Shown: one piece after another, positions 26,116-26,950 of the stretch
How the letters are laid out: each line of letters begins with the position of its first letter
Position numbering within the stretch: position 1 is the first letter of the stretch
Assembly: GCA_964487115.1 (NCBI GenBank)
Contig: CAZAPD010000114.1
Span: 1-26,950, forward strand
Direction of reading: 5' to 3'
DNA: 26,950 nt
DNA from: an uncultured Thermococci archaeon
Lineage (GTDB): Archaea > Methanobacteriota_B > Thermococci > Thermococcales > Thermococcaceae
The notes under the pieces: generated by a model
What the model was told of the DNA's origin: nothing
Seen by the model: the letters and a program-made list of their open reading frames with translations, nothing else
The model's database searches: none
Program-made: the position numbers and the translations under genes

Positions 26116-26859
26116 ATGATGAATAATCTGATTACAACAGGCCTTCCAGATGTGGATTCCGCACTCGGCGGAGGATTGATAAACGGTGGCAATTTGTTGA
26201 TAGCCTATGATAAGCGATCGTTAGGCTGGACATTGGGTGTAAAGATGTTTAAAAGTTTATTAGAGAATGGCGCAGTTGGAGTTATATTCAATACAACCCT
26301 CCCTATTTCAAAGGTGGAGTTGAGGGCAAAGTATGTTGGATTAGACATCAAAAAAGAGGGAGAAAATGGAAAACTCTATATAATTGATCTCTTTGGTTCG
26401 AAATATGGAATCCCAGAAGAGCGGCCATATGTGTTTCAAATAAAAGACTGGAGTGATGATACCGGAATACCCAAACTTCTCAGAACATACAAGATAATAA
26501 ATGAGCAGATCCCACCTAAAACCACTATAATCGGACTTGTGGCAACAGTTGAAGGATTATATCATGAATTCGGTAGAGAGATGATGAACCGTATAATTCG
26601 AGCATCTCTGGCTAGTTTCGAAAACACCATGCTTAGCAGACCATTTTCTATAATATCCCTTCTGAATACAGAGGCTCTTGTCGATTATGTGACAGCGTGG
26701 CTTTACAGCCTCAGCGACCAGATTATAGAATTTATATCCAGAGTAGAGCCATCTGGGTTGGAGGGAGTAGTTTTAGTTTCAAAATCATTAATTCCAGGCT
26801 TTAAACCTCACCACTACACCGTTAAATTATCAAAGGAACACTTTATGAGACTTTTATAA
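26116..26859 (+). CDS. KaiC/RAD55-like RecA-superfamily protein with degenerate Walker motifs
   Basis: Typical N-terminus ITTGLPDVDSALGGGL, KLYIIDLF and SDQIIEF. The P-loop position reads YDKRSLGW. RBS GAGGGGGTG. Confidence 0.75.
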   Translation: MMNNLITTGLPDVDSALGGGLINGGNLLIAYDKRSLGWTLGVKMFKSLLENGAVGVIFNTTLPISKVELRAKYVGLDIKKEGENGKLYIIDLFGSKYGIPEERPYVFQIKDWSDDTGIPKLLRTYKIINEQIPPKTTIIGLVATVEGLYHEFGREMMNRIIRASLASFENTMLSRPFSIISLLNTEALVDYVTAWLYSLSDQIIEFISRVEPSGLEGVVLVSKSLIPGFKPHHYTVKLSKEHFMRLL

Positions 26860-26950
26860 CGTTTTTCTGTCCCATTTAATCTTGTTATGGGAGCTTTAGC
26901 GGCTCTTCATCCTTCACTACATTTCAATTCTCCTAAAGTCTTATTGGAAC

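Noticed and set aside
25868..26119. 83-aa ORF
   Set aside because: It is a shadow translation of the tRNA-Thr gene.

Overview
Archaeal chromosomal segment, almost certainly Thermococcales (Thermococcus/Pyrococcus-like): BRE-TATA promoters, GGTGA/GGAGG ribosome-binding sites (RBS) and typical gene families. Core genes include a tungsten aldehyde:ferredoxin oxidoreductase, taw2, ABCE1, a Hrq1/SftH-type DUF1998 helicase, an AIR-synthase-family protein, a HAD phosphatase, a PAP2-family membrane enzyme and tRNA-Thr(CGT). Three things stand out. (1) A minus-strand envelope cluster (13136-17520) encodes a DUF4405 cytochrome-b-like protein, a CWB2-repeat secreted protein, a secreted DUF2202 ferritin-like protein, several small proteins (two missing from the ORF track) and an ArsR-type regulator; two of its promoters carry the same perfect CATATGTAA-N8-TTACATATG operator. 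(2) A C/D-box guide sRNA is followed directly by a Kt-7-like kink-turn hairpin, and together they form the apparent 5' leader of a stand-alone Cas4-like nuclease gene. (3) A cyclic 2,3-diphosphoglycerate (cDPG) synthesis operon converges tail-to-tail on an operon encoding an amidotransferase, a CBS protein and a two-domain metallophosphoesterase, a candidate cDPG turnover module. No CRISPR array, transposase or integrase was seen. All family calls come from motif recognition, not database searches.
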